In this document: positions 1 to 13,090 of the stretch, piece by piece
How positions within the stretch are numbered: position 1 is the stretch's first letter
How the letters are laid out: each line of letters begins with the position of its first letter
Assembly: GCA_036172245.1 (NCBI GenBank)
Contig: JAYWIR010000039.1
Coordinates: 1,116,001-1,180,000 of the forward strand
Length of the DNA: 64,000 nt
Source of the DNA: Raillietiella orientalis
Lineage: Eukaryota
Reading direction: 5' to 3'
The notes under the pieces: generated by a model
What the model was told of the DNA's origin: nothing
Database searches by the model: none
The model's input: the letters and a program-made list of their open reading frames with translations, nothing else
Translations under genes and position numbers: made by a program

Positions 1-1149
1 CTGTTTACTCTCGCAATCGGCGGATGATCGGTAGTCATGCTTGCAGCTCATTTGACTGTTTTTTTTGCACTTGAATCATCCCTTTGGAAATGGCTCACCT
101 CTCATCGCGCGCATGTCGATCGTAACTTAAAACCCTTCAATGGTTGCCTCGAACCTTTTGCTTCACTAACTGGTTCTTTCGAGAGGTACCGTCACCTTGG
201 AAGCACCTAGATCTTCCCTAATGATTTTTTCTGCGAGTTGACTATGCAAAGGACTTCTTTCGAAACGCAAGAGGTACACAACGGGCAGCCTCAAACCGGC
301 CCGCCTAAAGACCGGCTTCGCGTCGTGACGTCATCTCACGCGATCAGCGTGGCGCGCGACAGCCAAAAACGATCCAAAAACACGAGGTGAGCGATTGAGA
401 GCCGACCGGCCTCGAGTCTGGCTTCCTGAGAAGCTTCTAGCGTGCATCACCGTGGAAACTTGCGAGCCTCGTCTTCTGTAGAAACCACCAACTTCCGCGA
501 ACTGTGCAAACGCAGAAAAATGAAAGCTGCGTGGCGATGACTGATTCTGCGCTTTTCCTCCTAAACTTCATTCTTGTCCACCTCTCTTTATGGAATTCGC
601 TGAGAACTGGGTCAGCCATGAGTGAAGACAGACGAAAACAAAATCTCACGAAAGTACGGTAAACTTCTCCGTATCTAATGTCTCCACGGAGCCAATCCCA
701 AGGGGCCAGGAGGATTGACCAGCCTCTCTGAATCAAGGGTCTATTTGCCAGAGGTAAGAGACATTGCATTGCTTTAAACTTCACCTCCCAAACACTTGCC
801 TAAGAATGAGAAGATGGCTTCGTCCTAATTAAAGTCCTCTATCCTTCTTTTTTTGGGGGGAGGGAAGCAACATGGATGTCTCTGACTTCTCTCGAGATGC
901 TCGACTCTGACAATGACGTGTTCGTACACCAGGGTGGTTCTGCACACGAAATTGAGGTTTCTGGTCGCTTCAATTTGAGCCACTCAAATTGCATTCTATT
1001 AGCCGCTCACAGCTTTGGCTTTTGCTTAGATCACTCTAGTGCTGCAGCGTGAATTTCTTGTTCTGCAGCACTACCGAGAGACGAGACGGACACGTACAGG
1101 ATCCGGGAACGGAACTGGGTGTGGTGGCAGCTGTGTGCGGGTCGCCTAG

Positions 1150-1650
1150 CAGCTGTTTCGTGGTTTCCTTTTCACTTGAGCTCTCGGGATACGAGCGCAA
1201 GATGCCCGGACCGCACGGTCCTTCCGGGTTTTCTTCTGCTGCCGAACTCCGAGAAAAGGAGGAAACCCTCAAGATTTGCCCGACGGCTAAAAAGGCAGCA
1301 AAAGCACCGCCACAGGGGAGCCTCCCTTCCTTTCCGTGCCTTCGTCTTCCCATTCCCAGGCGCTCCTTTGGGTCGGGTCCTCGATGCTCGGAGTGGTCTC
1401 CTCCAGAAGTGGGAACAGGCGAGCGTCCAAACCAATCTTCAAGATCGTGTGCCTCTACGGATTAGGAATCTCGGGGCAGGGGACGAGCGGAGTGACCCAC
1501 CCTTCCTTGGTCGTCGATTGGCGAGGACGAACCGTTCGCCTGCAGCGTTTTCCGGGGCAAGCGCATCCCCCTGCAAGCGTTCCTCGATCCCTTACTCGAT
1601 GCCCTTCCAACCGGCTTGTGCGCCCCGCTCAGGGACCTGACCTTTCCGGG
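1150..1650 (+). mobile_element. Eroded LINE ORF2 (RT) remnant
   Basis: KMPGPHG (KxPGPDG), KICPTAKK (VxPIxKK), LYGLGISG...FLGRR and SVPRS (GVPQGS) appear in order across frames. Confidence 0.45.
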
Positions 1651-2599
1651 GACGGCCTGGGTGGAGCGGGAAGGCGATCCCTTCGGTCCGCAGATTCCGA
1701 GTCCGTGGAGCGAAGGGAGAGGATGGAGCAGAAGCCGTCCAGCGGACCTGGATCACGCTGCTTCCATTCGTTGCTGCTCGTTCCGCCGCGCTGCTGCCGC
1801 GCGTTCGGTGCCCCCGAGCAAGCCTGGAGAAAGAGACGCGCTGTACCGCGACCCGCACGGCCTCCCTTCCCGAAGAGCGAATCCCCGGGAGCCCGGAAGA
1901 CATGCGCCTTCTCGCCGGAAAGCAGCCTGGGATCGAACGCAAGCGAATTCGTGCGTGGTGCACGCCGTGTTGCTCCGAAGGGCGGCACGGAGATGCACTG
2001 CAGAGGGATTCACAGAGGGCGACCCAAGAAAAGCGGGGGGAAAGGGGGCAGAAGCGAAAAGGGCGAAAGGGCAGGCGGTCTTGGGTCGGAATGACAGCTC
2101 GCGGCAAGAGAATGAGCTTCCAGAAACTCTGGCCGGGCAGCCGTAGCCACGAGACCTTCGCACGGCCCCATCAGCTCTGCATCCCGGAGGGGGCACCTGG
2201 GCTCTTCGCCCGCAGTCCTCAGAACGGCGAGTGGGGATCATCTGAACGCCTCTCCACCCCACTCCGCCGCAAGAGCGAGAGGAACGGGCGCCATGGCACA
2301 GACGAGGAGGCACCCGCCAGCAGCTCGAGTCCCTGCAGCGGGTGGCAGTTGCTAAGAGCAACGAGAGGATTCAGGGTGTCTCGTCTTCCCTGCCGGAAGC
2401 GGTCCAATTACGTCCACGTATGGCACTTGACCCGGTCCTCTCCTTGTTTCCCCCCCCCCCCTTTCGTACAGCATGAGAGTCGTCTGAAGCCGCAGGCCTC
2501 CAGGAGGCATGTTGGGGAGTCTCCTTGCTCCTTCCCCTATCCTCCTTCTGTAGCTTTGCGTTGCATCTGCCGTTCCAACCGTCCTCACAGGCACTCTAA

Positions 2600-2920
2600 T
2601 GCCGGCGGCCGATGATGGCGCGTTCAAGGCGGGCAGCTCCAGTTAGTCGCTGCCGGGTTTCGAACCCGCCACGTGGGGAGCGCCGGACGGGCACGACTGC
2701 TGCCGCGCAATCTTTGGCGTGGCTGCTGGTGGTCGAGCAGGGGGCCGGCAGGGAGGGGACCACGTCGTTTCGCACGCGGAGACAGCCCCCTTCGACGACC
2801 GTGGGGGCCTCTTCCCCACGACCCTGTCGCCGAGACGCCTCCGTGGGACGCACCTCGTCGCCCGGATGGGAAGGCAAAGGGTCGCGCTATCCCCCTCCCT
2901 AAGGAAAAGCGGCACTGAAG
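2600..2920 (+). mobile_element. Possible second, older SINE family member (related segment at ~40030-40200)
   Basis: B-box-like GGTTTCGAACCC followed by ccacgtgg. The body is loosely similar to 40085-40195. Confidence 0.3.
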
Positions 2921-4499
2921 GGGAGGTCCGCCGCGCGGATGCTCAGAACACCGGACGCTGCGCAGCGGCGTGGCGAAGCGGCAGCTAAGGAAGAATCTTC
3001 CTCGAAAAGTTCGATTTCCCTCTCCTCCCCCCCTTACCGGAGGCAGAAAGGACCTCTCTCTTCCCAGTTCCTCCCTTCCCTCCCTCTTTCCCCTCCCCGG
3101 GCGAACGAAAAACCAGAAAAACTCACCCCAGGTTTCGAGAGACCGATGCCGACCTGCTGCGCCGTTTGTTGCACCACAGCATTTTGCCACGGGGGCGCCT
3201 CTTCCCTTGCTCGTTTTTCTTTTTTTTTTTTTTTTTCCTTCCTCATTCTTGTTCTTCTCCTCCCTCTCTCTCCCCCCCCCCCTCCGAGAAAAAAGAGCTT
3301 CCGTTCGTCTCCTTCCTCCTCTCAGCAACGGGCGTCCGCTCACGGCTGCGCAGTCTCGCTCCGGTTCATTGAGCTCCGGGCCCCAGAACCGTGTCCCGTT
3401 ACTGCCGCTGACCAGAGGCCCCGGCGGTGGCGCGCGCCGCGGAGCAGCGGCGCACAGAAGGGATGGCGGAAGCCTGGACCCTCTTTTCCCTCCCTCTTCC
3501 CCCCTGGGGACAAGAGAAACGCTTTCCCGAAAGATTCGAGGATCGCCGCTGCCAGGTGCTCCCGCGCGAAAGAACTCCTTCCGCTCCGACCGAAGTCCTT
3601 CTGGCTGGCCCTCCCTCCTCTTTACTTCCTCTTCCCCCCCCCCCCGGTAGGAAGAGAAGCGCGGGGGAATGGCGTGCAGGCGGCTGGGACTCCTCTCAAG
3701 GCTGCGGAGCCGTGGCGATGTTCGTGCGCGCATGCGCGCCGGGAGCATTCCGGCCAAAGGAGCGGGAAAGAAGCAGCGCGCGCGCCCTCTGTTTAACCTC
3801 TTCGCTCGTGGGCGCTTGCGCGTCTCACTTCCTTTTTTTTTTTCGTAATCCCTTTCCCCTCCCCTTCCGAATGCGCGCGCGTCTCCAGAAATGATCCTCC
3901 CGCTCTCTCATCCTTCCCTGCATCTTTCCGTCCCCGGAGCAGCGAATCCCTTTCCCCGGATCCTGCCTTCCTTCATATGCGCAAAGGAGGAAGGAAAGAA
4001 CAAGGAGAGGAGATGTACGCGGAGCAGTGGCCGCCACTACCCACGCGCCAGGGAGAATGACTGCTGCCCTCCCGGCAGCAGCTCCATTCGGGGAGGGTCA
4101 ACCCGCCGCCAGACGACCGACCGACACCCCCACCGGCTGCAGCCGGGCATCATCCCGGAGGCCGCGCTCTCAGGAGCACGTCAGGGAAGCAGGCACGGTG
4201 GTCCACGCCGTCGTCTCCGTTCGACCTGACTGCCCGGCCAAGATCCCCTCGCGTAGGGACGGCCGCCAGAGAGGAGCCCTGATGGACAAGGGGAGTGCAC
4301 ACCTCCCACACTCACACTTTGATCTTAGCCAAAAGGCCGAGAAAGGCCACACTCACCGTATAGCCGCATTGCCTGCTGGGAAAGCCGGAGACCCCTTTTC
4401 AACTCTCCCTCTCCCTCCTCCTTCTTCCCTCTGAGGAGTTTCGCGTGACGACGCGCATCCGCCACCTGCAGCGACGTCCACGAGAGGAAGCTCATTGTC

Positions 4500-5000
4500 C
4501 CCTAGTGGGGAATAGCGCGCGGTTTCTGGAAAGGGATTCTGGCTCGCTGCCGTAAATGACGCCTGGTTGATCTCCGTTGTTCCCTCCTCCGGAGGTCACC
4601 GAGGGCTGTTTTTCTAGAGGACGGCTGCCTACACCCCTCTCTAGGAGTTGACCCGAGGGACTCCCCGGCGCCCACCGGCAACAGAATCTTCCAGCCTGGC
4701 AAAGCAGAGTCCTTCCTTGCCTGTCTCCGTGGCGACGCACCTCGCATCCGCTGCGGTTCCCCCTTCCGCGGTCTTCCCCACTCTCCAGGCTGTGCGGTAG
4801 CGGCTGTTGGCTGCACAGGAGGTGCGAAAGATGGGGATGTGGAAATAATCGCTAAGTCGCATCTCCAGCAGATGCACGTCCCCGCCATCCAAGCTGCGGT
4901 CACAGGGAAGCCTGTAGAGCTGGGGAACCAGGTCAAGAAGGTGGCCGAAGGAACCTTGGAAGCTGTTGGCTGTCAGCCGTGCTGCTCGGGGATGCGGATA
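4500..5000 (+). mobile_element. Possible eroded LINE RT remnant
   Basis: Weak ordered motifs: TRGTP, VATHLA, then PAIQAAVTGKPVELGNQVK, resembling the late RT subdomains. Confidence 0.25.
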
Positions 5001-5926
5001 CGAATTTTCAGCCGGACCTGGTGCCCCAGGGCGAAGGGAGGATCAGGGTAGCCTGTTCCTGCGAGTGCCTAGCAACGGACTCTTCTTCCCTGAAGGAATG
5101 CCTCCCCTAAAGACCCGAGGTTTTTCTGGGTTGTTGGGATCCGGCAGACGGGCGGAGCGCTGCCAGGAGACGCGAGACGGAGCACGGCGGAAAGGGAACG
5201 GCGCGCTCGATGACCCAGCGCTCTCACAATGCATGTGGAACGCCTCCTATACTGAAGGTCTATTCGAGAACCGCATCCCTGCCACGGTCGCAGAGGACAG
5301 ATGGAGAAGACGATGGAGACGGCGACGCTGGAAACTCTCCCCCTCATTTGCCAGGCCGTGTCCCCTTTCCCGATGCGGACTTCACCAGGAGGATGCGGGT
5401 GAAACGGTCACCGGAACCGGCGTAACCATGCGAGATGGAAGCGCCTAACGCAACCGCGGTCTGGTGGATGAGCGGTAGCTTATTTCTCCCGAAAATCTTG
5501 GGCGGGTTCCTGGGCGCAATCGACGGACGTTGACGAAGGAAAGATCTCACCTGTTGCAGGAGGCTAAAAGGAATAAAAAGAAAACTCTGGGTTGTACACT
5601 CTTCTCAAACAGCTGTCTATCTTCCAGATGCGCAGTTACCGTGATGCTGAAAGAGCTCTGGCATCCTGCTCAAACTCGTGTTTCCCGCGGTGGTCCAAAG
5701 ACCTAGAGGTTCTCATTTTCGGAGAACAATTCAGCTCCCTTTCTTTGTTCTTTGTCCTTTGTTTGTTTGTTTGCTTGTTTTTAAAAAAAAACTCTTTCCC
5801 TGAGGAAGAATTCAACTGAAGAACTAATGAAATGGGAAGGAGGCATAGGTCAAGGTCAAGGACAACTGATAAAGTAAGAAAACTGCTTGGCGAGGAATGT
5901 CATGAAAGGACTTCTCCATTCCTCCA

Positions 5927-6167
5927 GCCATTTTGGTTTGCTCCCGAACCTCCAGTCCAATAAACGACTCCCCCACCCTCCGCAGTGTTGCCACACGCCG
6001 CTGCTCAGCTGCGGAGGTTTCCGAGGTCCGCGAGCGGCCGTTTCGCGCGGATTTGCCGGGGAAATACGCATGTTGTACACGACTGTGTTCTTCCTCGATT
6101 CTTGCAAGGGAAGGAAGGCATCCGGCAGGGAAGCTCGCCTGGTCGCGAGCTCCTCCAACTGGCAGCC
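5927..6167. repeat. Left arm of a ~250 bp diverged inverted repeat (partner 7433-7687)
   Basis: The reverse complement aligns by eye to 7433-7687, e.g. ggcaaatccgcgcgaaacggc, cttccctgccggatgcc, gtgtggcaacactgcggag, caaaccaa(a/g)atggc. Confidence 0.9.
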
Positions 6168-6783
6168 ACTCTTTTTGGCTCAGGGAGCGCATCTTCCTGC
6201 GTCGAAGAAAGGGATTCAGGAGAGACTCTGCCACCACCATGGCTGCGCGAGACTGGAAAGGGTCATTCTTTAAGTAAATCTTCACGTTGGCTGCCGGATA
6301 AACGAGTGCAACTCCCTCCATGGTCCATGGAGTTCACTGTGATCTTTTCATGATGGCAGTTTCGTTCCGCGCAACGCGATTGAAGTTCTCTTCTTCCCTG
6401 GGTCACGGATGCTGGCGCTCTGACTGAAGGATTGGGGACACCCTGGGTTTGCCCACGTCTTTTTGGAAAAGCGGACTCGGGCTGTTGAGTGGAACGCTCC
6501 CAGCATTCAGCTTCCGATGACATGTGGACATGGGGCACGACCCACTCCCAACCCACGGGAACATCCTTTTTCCTTTTTTTTTTATCAAGCGATTTCGAAA
6601 CATCGAAGCGGCGAGCATCGAAGCGACGGGTTCCAAACGGTTCAACAGCTGATCTCAGCAGCTGATCCTGCCCCTCGCCATGGAAGGTGTCTTACCCCGA
6701 AACTGATGTCGCCACCTTCGAGGAACTCGAGCGGGAGGCGATCGTAGAGGACGAGCCGACCAACGCGAGCGGAGGCCGGCGCT

Positions 6784-7211
6784 GAGAGAGTCCCACACGG
6801 TCCTGTAGAGCTCCTCGCTGCTCCGGATATCCTCCTACAGCTCCCTCGCGCCTACCGCCTTGGGTGTGCGGGTCTTCGGCCAGCACGCGGCGCAGCTGCT
6901 AGCCGCGCTCGTCTGAGCTCTGCTTCAGTCTCGCACAGCTGTCCCGTCTCCAGCGGTTTCTCGACGACGCGCGATCTCTCGTCCAGAATGGCGATCTCGG
7001 TGCGCATCAGCTGCGCGGACAGAGACAGCAGCAGAGAGAGCACCGTGTTCAGCTCGTCCGCCAGCCGGGCGTAACAGTTGTACTCAGCAGGGCGTGCCCG
7101 CGATCTCAGGCGCTCCATGAGGTCCGCGCCCAGGTGGTCGTTCTCTTCGGCTTTGCGTTGAAGGGCCGCCGCCTCCTGGTGCAGGATATCCAGCCAAGGC
7201 GCGTTAGGCAT
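6784..7211 (-). pseudogene. Degraded Shroom-family ASD2 (Rho-kinase-binding) domain fragment
   Basis: ENDHLGADLMERLRSRARPAEYNCYARLADELNTVLSLLLSLSAQLMRTEIAI resembles the ASD2 core (..N..LG..V......KP.E..K...F...L..V..LLLSLS.RL.R.E.AL). After frameshifts, REL*EDIRSSEELYRTVWDSL resembles the ASD2 C-terminus (RELE.KI...EEQL..L.DSL). TAG at 6835-6837. Confidence 0.75.
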
Positions 7212-7432
7212 TCCACCTTCTTGGGGAACAGTCAGTGCTCGCCGGCAGTATCACAGCGCGGAGCTTCGCACCCGCTGCTGGTCGGGGACGACAGGAGGCG
7301 TCTGAAAGTGTCTGGAGCGCTTCGTTCCTTGATCACCAGCCGCGCAGGTCTCGGAGGCGGTACGGTGCGCTGGTGCTGCAAGGAGATGCGGTCTTCGGCG
7401 AAATGAGTGCGGGTTGCAGGGAAAGTCAACCC

Positions 7433-7687
7433 GGCCGCCAGCGGGAGGAGCTCACAGCCAGGCGAACTTCCCTGCCGGATGCCATCCTTTCCTTACTGGA
7501 ATCGAGGAGAGAGGAACACAATCGCGTACACACGCGTGTTGCCAGGCAAATCCGCGCGAAACGGCAGAGCGCTGACCTTAGAAACCTCCTCAGCTGAACA
7601 GCGGAGTGTGGCAACACTGCGGAGAGTGAGGGAGTCGTTGGTTGGACTGAGGGGAACGGATGAAGCTCAGGCGCAAACCAAGATGGC
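7433..7687. repeat. Right arm of a ~250 bp diverged inverted repeat (partner 5927-6167)
   Basis: See left arm. The track ORFs on opposite strands share PGKSARNGR...ETS.AEQR.VATLRRV. Confidence 0.9.
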
Positions 7688-7899
7688 ACTGTATCCTCGA
7701 ACCCGAACCTGGAATTCCGTCGGCTCGAAGCTGCTTTCAGGAAGCGAAGGGGCCTTGCTTCCATTTCGTGGGGAACAGAAAAGTAAATCAGAGAATTCGA
7801 TGCGAAGGGATGGCAAAAATGGGTTAAGATGATTTTCGATCAAGAAACCAGCCTCCTGGGCACTGCTTATTCACCTGCTGCTTTTTGTTGCTGTTGTTG

Positions 7900-8700
7900 T
7901 CATTCAGCAAGAGTTTTTCTTGTTTCCCTAAGCAATTTGGGCGCACATCATTATGGGAATCTTTTGAACTTGGAATGCCCCACACGAAGTCGAGCAGCTT
8001 GGGCGCTTTCTTTGATACCCCGAGTGCAGCTGAGGAACATCATCGTGCAGCCCACCACGTGTGCTTGGGCGCGAAGAACCTCCCTAGCCGTGGCACTGTC
8101 CTCGCTCAGGGAGCACCTGGGCAGTAACCAGCCGGCCAAATGGGAGGTCAGTTGCGAAATCAGTCAGAAGACGAGGAAACTATGTGGTTGGACCACGGGT
8201 CATCTCACGGACGCTGCGACCTCAAGTGCCCCACTGAAGGAACTGTTGCGCTGGAGTAAGCTGAGGGGAATTCTACAAGAAGACCTCGAGTAGCCCCCAG
8301 CGCTCCCCCTGGAGTGGCAGGAGTCGACACTTCTGCTGTTGCACTGGGACCTCCCGTGCAACACTCGCCTGTCTCACTAAACCCAGGGGGCTGTGGACAC
8401 TAGCTGTTGCAGGTGAGGGGAACAAGAATCCCTCCCGCACCTGCTCGTAGACTGTGTTGCCCTCCGGCCCCTATAGTTGCGTTACCCAATGGCCCTTGGT
8501 GCACCGACGGACAATCCCAGGGACGTGATAAAGCAATGCCCTTTCTCCTGCCAAATCCCCAGCAGCTCTTTGCTGCTGCCTTTGCGGGATTGTGGAGACC
8601 TGGAGCTACGCGAGAGGAGGACGGTGCGATAGGGACGCCATCTGCTTTGCCCTGCGCTTACTGCGGACGGCAGCAAAATAGCCCCATCTGGGGCATACTC
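7900..8700 (+). mobile_element. Eroded LINE ORF2 remnant (APE endonuclease end plus linker)
   Basis: NLGAHH (GDFNAHH), LRNIIVQPT, HLGSNQ (LGxSDH), then LPNGPWCTD...DKA (linker). Confidence 0.45.
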
Positions 8701-9260
8701 GGATGGAACTTGCAGGCATCCTGGAAAGGATGCAGAGGACGACCTCCAGCTCCTCATGATCCCTTCTCTAGCCCTCCCAATGTTTTTGTATACATTTTTT
8801 TGTTTTATTTTCATTTTGTTTGCCTCCTCCGCTGCCGAGGCGAACCTTGCTGGCCTGAGTGCCGGTTACTCGGCAGGTTCCGAACATTTTTGGACGATGT
8901 GGGGCCATCGGCCCTGTATGTTTATTATTTTTTATAATAAACACCCCGGCATGACCGGGTAGTAAACCGAGTGCAGCTGCGCTCAAGAAACGAAATGCTT
9001 CCTCGAGAAGCCTCGAATCCGGTTCAGAAAAGGAAGACACTCTGAAGATGAGCGGATGTGCGTCTCGCAGGAAAAACAGCCCGAGCTAAGGCTCGAGCAG
9101 GTCAGCAGGCAGGCGTGGCTCGCTGTCTGTTCCCCGAGCCATCAGGGCAGGGTTCGAAGCTTCCAGAAAATTTTCCTCTGAGATTTCAGCGAAGATCCAC
9201 AGCGCCCCATCCATTCGGTGTGTAATGGATGGAATGAATGCAGAGCCCCGCCCTTTCAGC

Positions 9261-10001
9261 TTTTTTTTTTTTTGCTTCTCAAGGAGAACTGAAGAGCCGT
9301 CCGCCTCCTCAGGGGGGACTCATGAAGCTCTTTGACATTGCCGCGACACCCGAGGGTGCGTCTTAACCCTTCAAGTTATAAGCGGTTACCGCGGAAGGAC
9401 CACCAGGAAGACTCCGGAGGAAGGAGTCTGTGCCTCTCTCACTCCTGAGAGGGGGCCCCAAAGGGAACCCTGTCCCTGGTTGTCTCCGAAGGGAATTCCG
9501 GAGAAACCTTCCATAGGAGGCCACTCCTCGTTTCTTCTCCGGAGGGACCCCCCCAGAAAGGATGAGCGCCCTGTTTCCTCCTCTGAAGAGAACCCCGAAG
9601 CGACTCTTCCCCATTTCTTCCTCAAGGATCGCTCCCCGAAGAGAGTGGCGCGTACTCTGGAGAGGTATCAACCAAGCAATTCCATGGTACTCGATCGAGG
9701 GCAACCGAGACGGCCCCATTTTCACAACCCGAGGAGAGCTCCGAAGGGAACCGGTTCCCTGGAAGGATCCCGGAAGATCAACTCTCAATCACTCCCACAG
9801 TCACGGGAGTGGGAATCCGGTTTCCACTGATGCCTCACCCGAAGCCAACCAAGGCCAACTAGAGTCATCCTGGGGGGAGAGGCGACTCGAAACCCGCGAC
9901 GCACCCATTCCTGAGCATCGATCTTCCACGTGGGGGTTCGAACCCGCAACGCTCGGTGCCACATGCGGAGGTCGCAGCCAAATGTCCGCCGACGCGGGCC
10001 T
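9261..10001 (-). mobile_element. tRNA-derived SINE, copy 1
   Basis: Minus-strand head with B-box GGTTCGAACCC, a body homologous to the other three copies, a 3' end gaggcggacggctcttcag and an A13 tail (T-run at 9261-9273). Confidence 0.8.
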
Positions 10002-10249
10002 CATCTCAGCCCTGAGATTGACTTGCCATTTACACGAAAAGCATCATCATCTCCGTATGCTCCCTCCTCCTCCTCAGAAACGACCCATGAAACAGGAAAC
10101 TTCTGATGACGAATTCATTTCCAGCGCTGGAGGAAGAGATGCAGGGCCTTCCTGTCTTCTTCCTCATCGGTCTCGTTACTTCTTTCAGGAACTGTCACTG
10201 GCTGTTTGTTGTTGATGGTTCGCGCCTCCCGCTCATTCCGCGCTGCGGT

Positions 10250-10750
10250 CGCTAGAAGAGCTCCACGCAACTTCCTACTCCTGGCGCGGCTCCTGGAGCC
10301 AGCATGCGGCGGAACATAGTTTCCACTGGAATCATTGAAGGCAGTTCGACGGGTGAGCGCGCGAAACGTGTCTTCCGATCTGACTCAGGTGAAACAGCAA
10401 AGAACGAAGTTGCCATGGATAGGGGAGGAAGCTCAGCAGGCCACCCGAGGAAAGGTCTGTCCTCGGATGGTCCTAAAAGCTGCGAAGATGGGTACCCCTT
10501 TCGGAGCTTGGGCGAGTCGTGGCGGAAGAATGCAGAGATGGGTGGGATGGTGATGGCGAGGAATGTCCGGAAAAAACCGACGTCGTATTAGGAGGAGAGC
10601 GCATGTCGATGACGTCTTCGCATGCAGGGAAACGGCATCAAACGGATCTTCTTCCTGGGAAGGCCCAAGTGCCGAAAGCGTGGTGACTTCCGAAGCACGT
10701 AAGGGCGACATGGACGCTCCCTGGTCGACCCCCAGAAAGGGCACTCGCGG
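10250..10750 (+). mobile_element. Eroded LINE ORF2 linker remnant
   Basis: KLPWIGEEAQQATRGK...KAAKMG...AW resembles the PW-motif linker between the endonuclease and RT. Confidence 0.35.
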
Positions 10751-12171
10751 GACGAAGCGGCAAGGGTGAGCTGGCCTCTCTCATAGGCAGGAGTACTCGT
10801 CTGGTCGCAAGCAGTTTTGACCGCCTCTCTTGAGCGACGCGCAGGGGAATTACAAACGGGCCTCCCGGGCGGCGTCGCTTCACCTCTGTGCCTCGAGGCA
10901 GCGGTCCTGGGGACTGGGAAAGAAAGTCAGTCCTCCCGAGCAGACGCCTTCTCCTCTTTGTGCTGCTTGATGCTGTCTTTCGAGATCTCCGGCCGCCCCT
11001 CTGCACATGAGAAACGAATTTTCTTGCAGCCTCCGGGTCTCCGGTCCCAACTGTCTGCCAGTTTTCGCTCGTACCGTCGGACGAGCGCGCTCACCGCGGA
11101 ACTCCGACATGGACGCCGTCCCTCCAGCCCCTCTTTTCAAGTGGTCTTCGCGAGGCTTCAGCACCGGTCGCGGGATCGACGTCACCTGAGGGAGGTTGGA
11201 GTTGGTGCTACTCTTCGCTCCACTGCTGCCGTGCCGCATCAGCTAAAGACCGAGGGGTTAAGCACCCCTGGGTCTTCAACTGATCCGGGTTTCCGACGCC
11301 AACCGACCTCCGGAAGCAACTTCCGGCTTCAGGTGGTCTGCATGTGACTTCTTGAAGACCTCGAGCGCCGCGCAACGAAATCCACCTCCGGCTTCAGGTG
11401 TCCGCGTGCACCACCCGCAGATCGCCCGGTGTTTGCTCCTGTCCACCACCCGCGCCAACGGAAATTCCGCTTCCAGGCCCTTCGTTCCACACTCCCGCAT
11501 CTCGACAATCTGCTGCGAGGATGGTCAAGTCGCGGACTCTTTGCAGGGACAGCTGGTCTTTTTCGCATGCCTGGCCACCCGCCGCTCTGCCGTGACCCGG
11601 AAGCGGCACCACAGCCGGGATTTCGTGTGCTTTCATATTTCCGTTCCGCTTTTTGCTGTGGGGAAGAGGACGCCACCCCCGCGTCCGAGTTCGTGCGCTC
11701 GCGCTGCCGTGGGGCCAGCGGCCAGCGCGGATTTTCGAGCGGGGCGGTGCCGCGGGGTCGCCTGCCGAGACGAAGATCCCACCTCTGGTCAGTTTCTCAC
11801 CTGAATGGTGAGTATCATCAGGAGATTTCATTTTTCCTGTCCTCTTCAGTGCTCCGATCCTTGATCCTTGGATGCACAATTCCTCCCCCCTCCCCTCTCC
11901 TTCTATTTAGAGTTCCTCTTCCTAGATTGCAGTTTATTGGTCAACTGAGATCACTCACCTCGGGGATTCGAGCCCGCAGCCTTCCGCGCAAAACCCTCCT
12001 CCTCTTCGAGTTTCAGGAACGCACTACCAGGATGGAGTCGTCCACGATGATTCATCCATTTTTCCTTCCTCGCCCTGGATGCTCGTTTCCCTTGGGAGAG
12101 CCGAACGTTCCTGAACCGCTGCCTATCGAAATCCCGAACGCCGGAATTTCGAAGGATCACGAAAAATTCGC

Positions 12172-13090
12172 CTGTATTGCATATATTCACGTATAGATAC
12201 ATGCACAAATTTAACATACATGTTAATTAATATTTATTGACACACATATTTGTTAACGTTTATCAATGCCCATATTTCTTACTATTTATCAATATACAAA
12301 TTATTAATATTACTTTGACATATACATGCATTGATATTTATTATCGTGCCTATTATAAATATAATCAATATAATTAGCACCCTGTATTAATGTATGATTG
12401 ACGCAAATTAAAGATCGTGAAAAATAAATATGAATTTTTCGTATTTATTTCAATATATATTCATATGAATGTATTTATATAAATGTTGAATATATATTAA
12501 ACGAATGTATAAATATCGAATTATGAAAAATAAAAAATAATGAAGGAAACTAAAAATAATGAAATTATAAATGAAAGATTCTCAGTAAATGGTAAACTGA
12601 ATTATTTGCACATATTAAATATATTTATTATATATGCAAATGTACATATGAAGAGCATATATATATATATGTATGGGAAGACACATATATATACAAAGAT
12701 ATGTATAGAAAGATGTTTATACATATACCTTATATATATATAAGGTACATATATATATAAAGATGGATGGATTAAAAAAATACATGTATGAAGATATATA
12801 GATATAGATTTATGTAGAAAAACATATTCATAAATATGCGTTTGTATATTACCAGTATATATTGCTATACATAATAAACGTATGTATTTTTCTCATCTTT
12901 AATATATATTATTCTTTATTAATGCATGAATTATATTTATAATATATATAAAGTATTAATAAATACGTATACCTAAAATAAATCTGCACACTAATCTATA
13001 TATACATATTGATGCGGATAACATGCGTACATATTCACTTTCATGTTCTGAATGGATATCAAGGAATACGTGCGTTGAAATCAATTTGCA
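12172..13090. repeat. AT-rich low-complexity island with (TA)n-like runs
   Basis: Abrupt switch to roughly 80% AT (estimated by eye) inside GC-rich flanks. Confidence 0.9.

Noticed and set aside
9030..10140. Hammerhead ribozyme cores (CTGAAGA at ~9042, CTGATGA at ~10103)
   Set aside because: No properly paired stem II followed by GAAA could be built.
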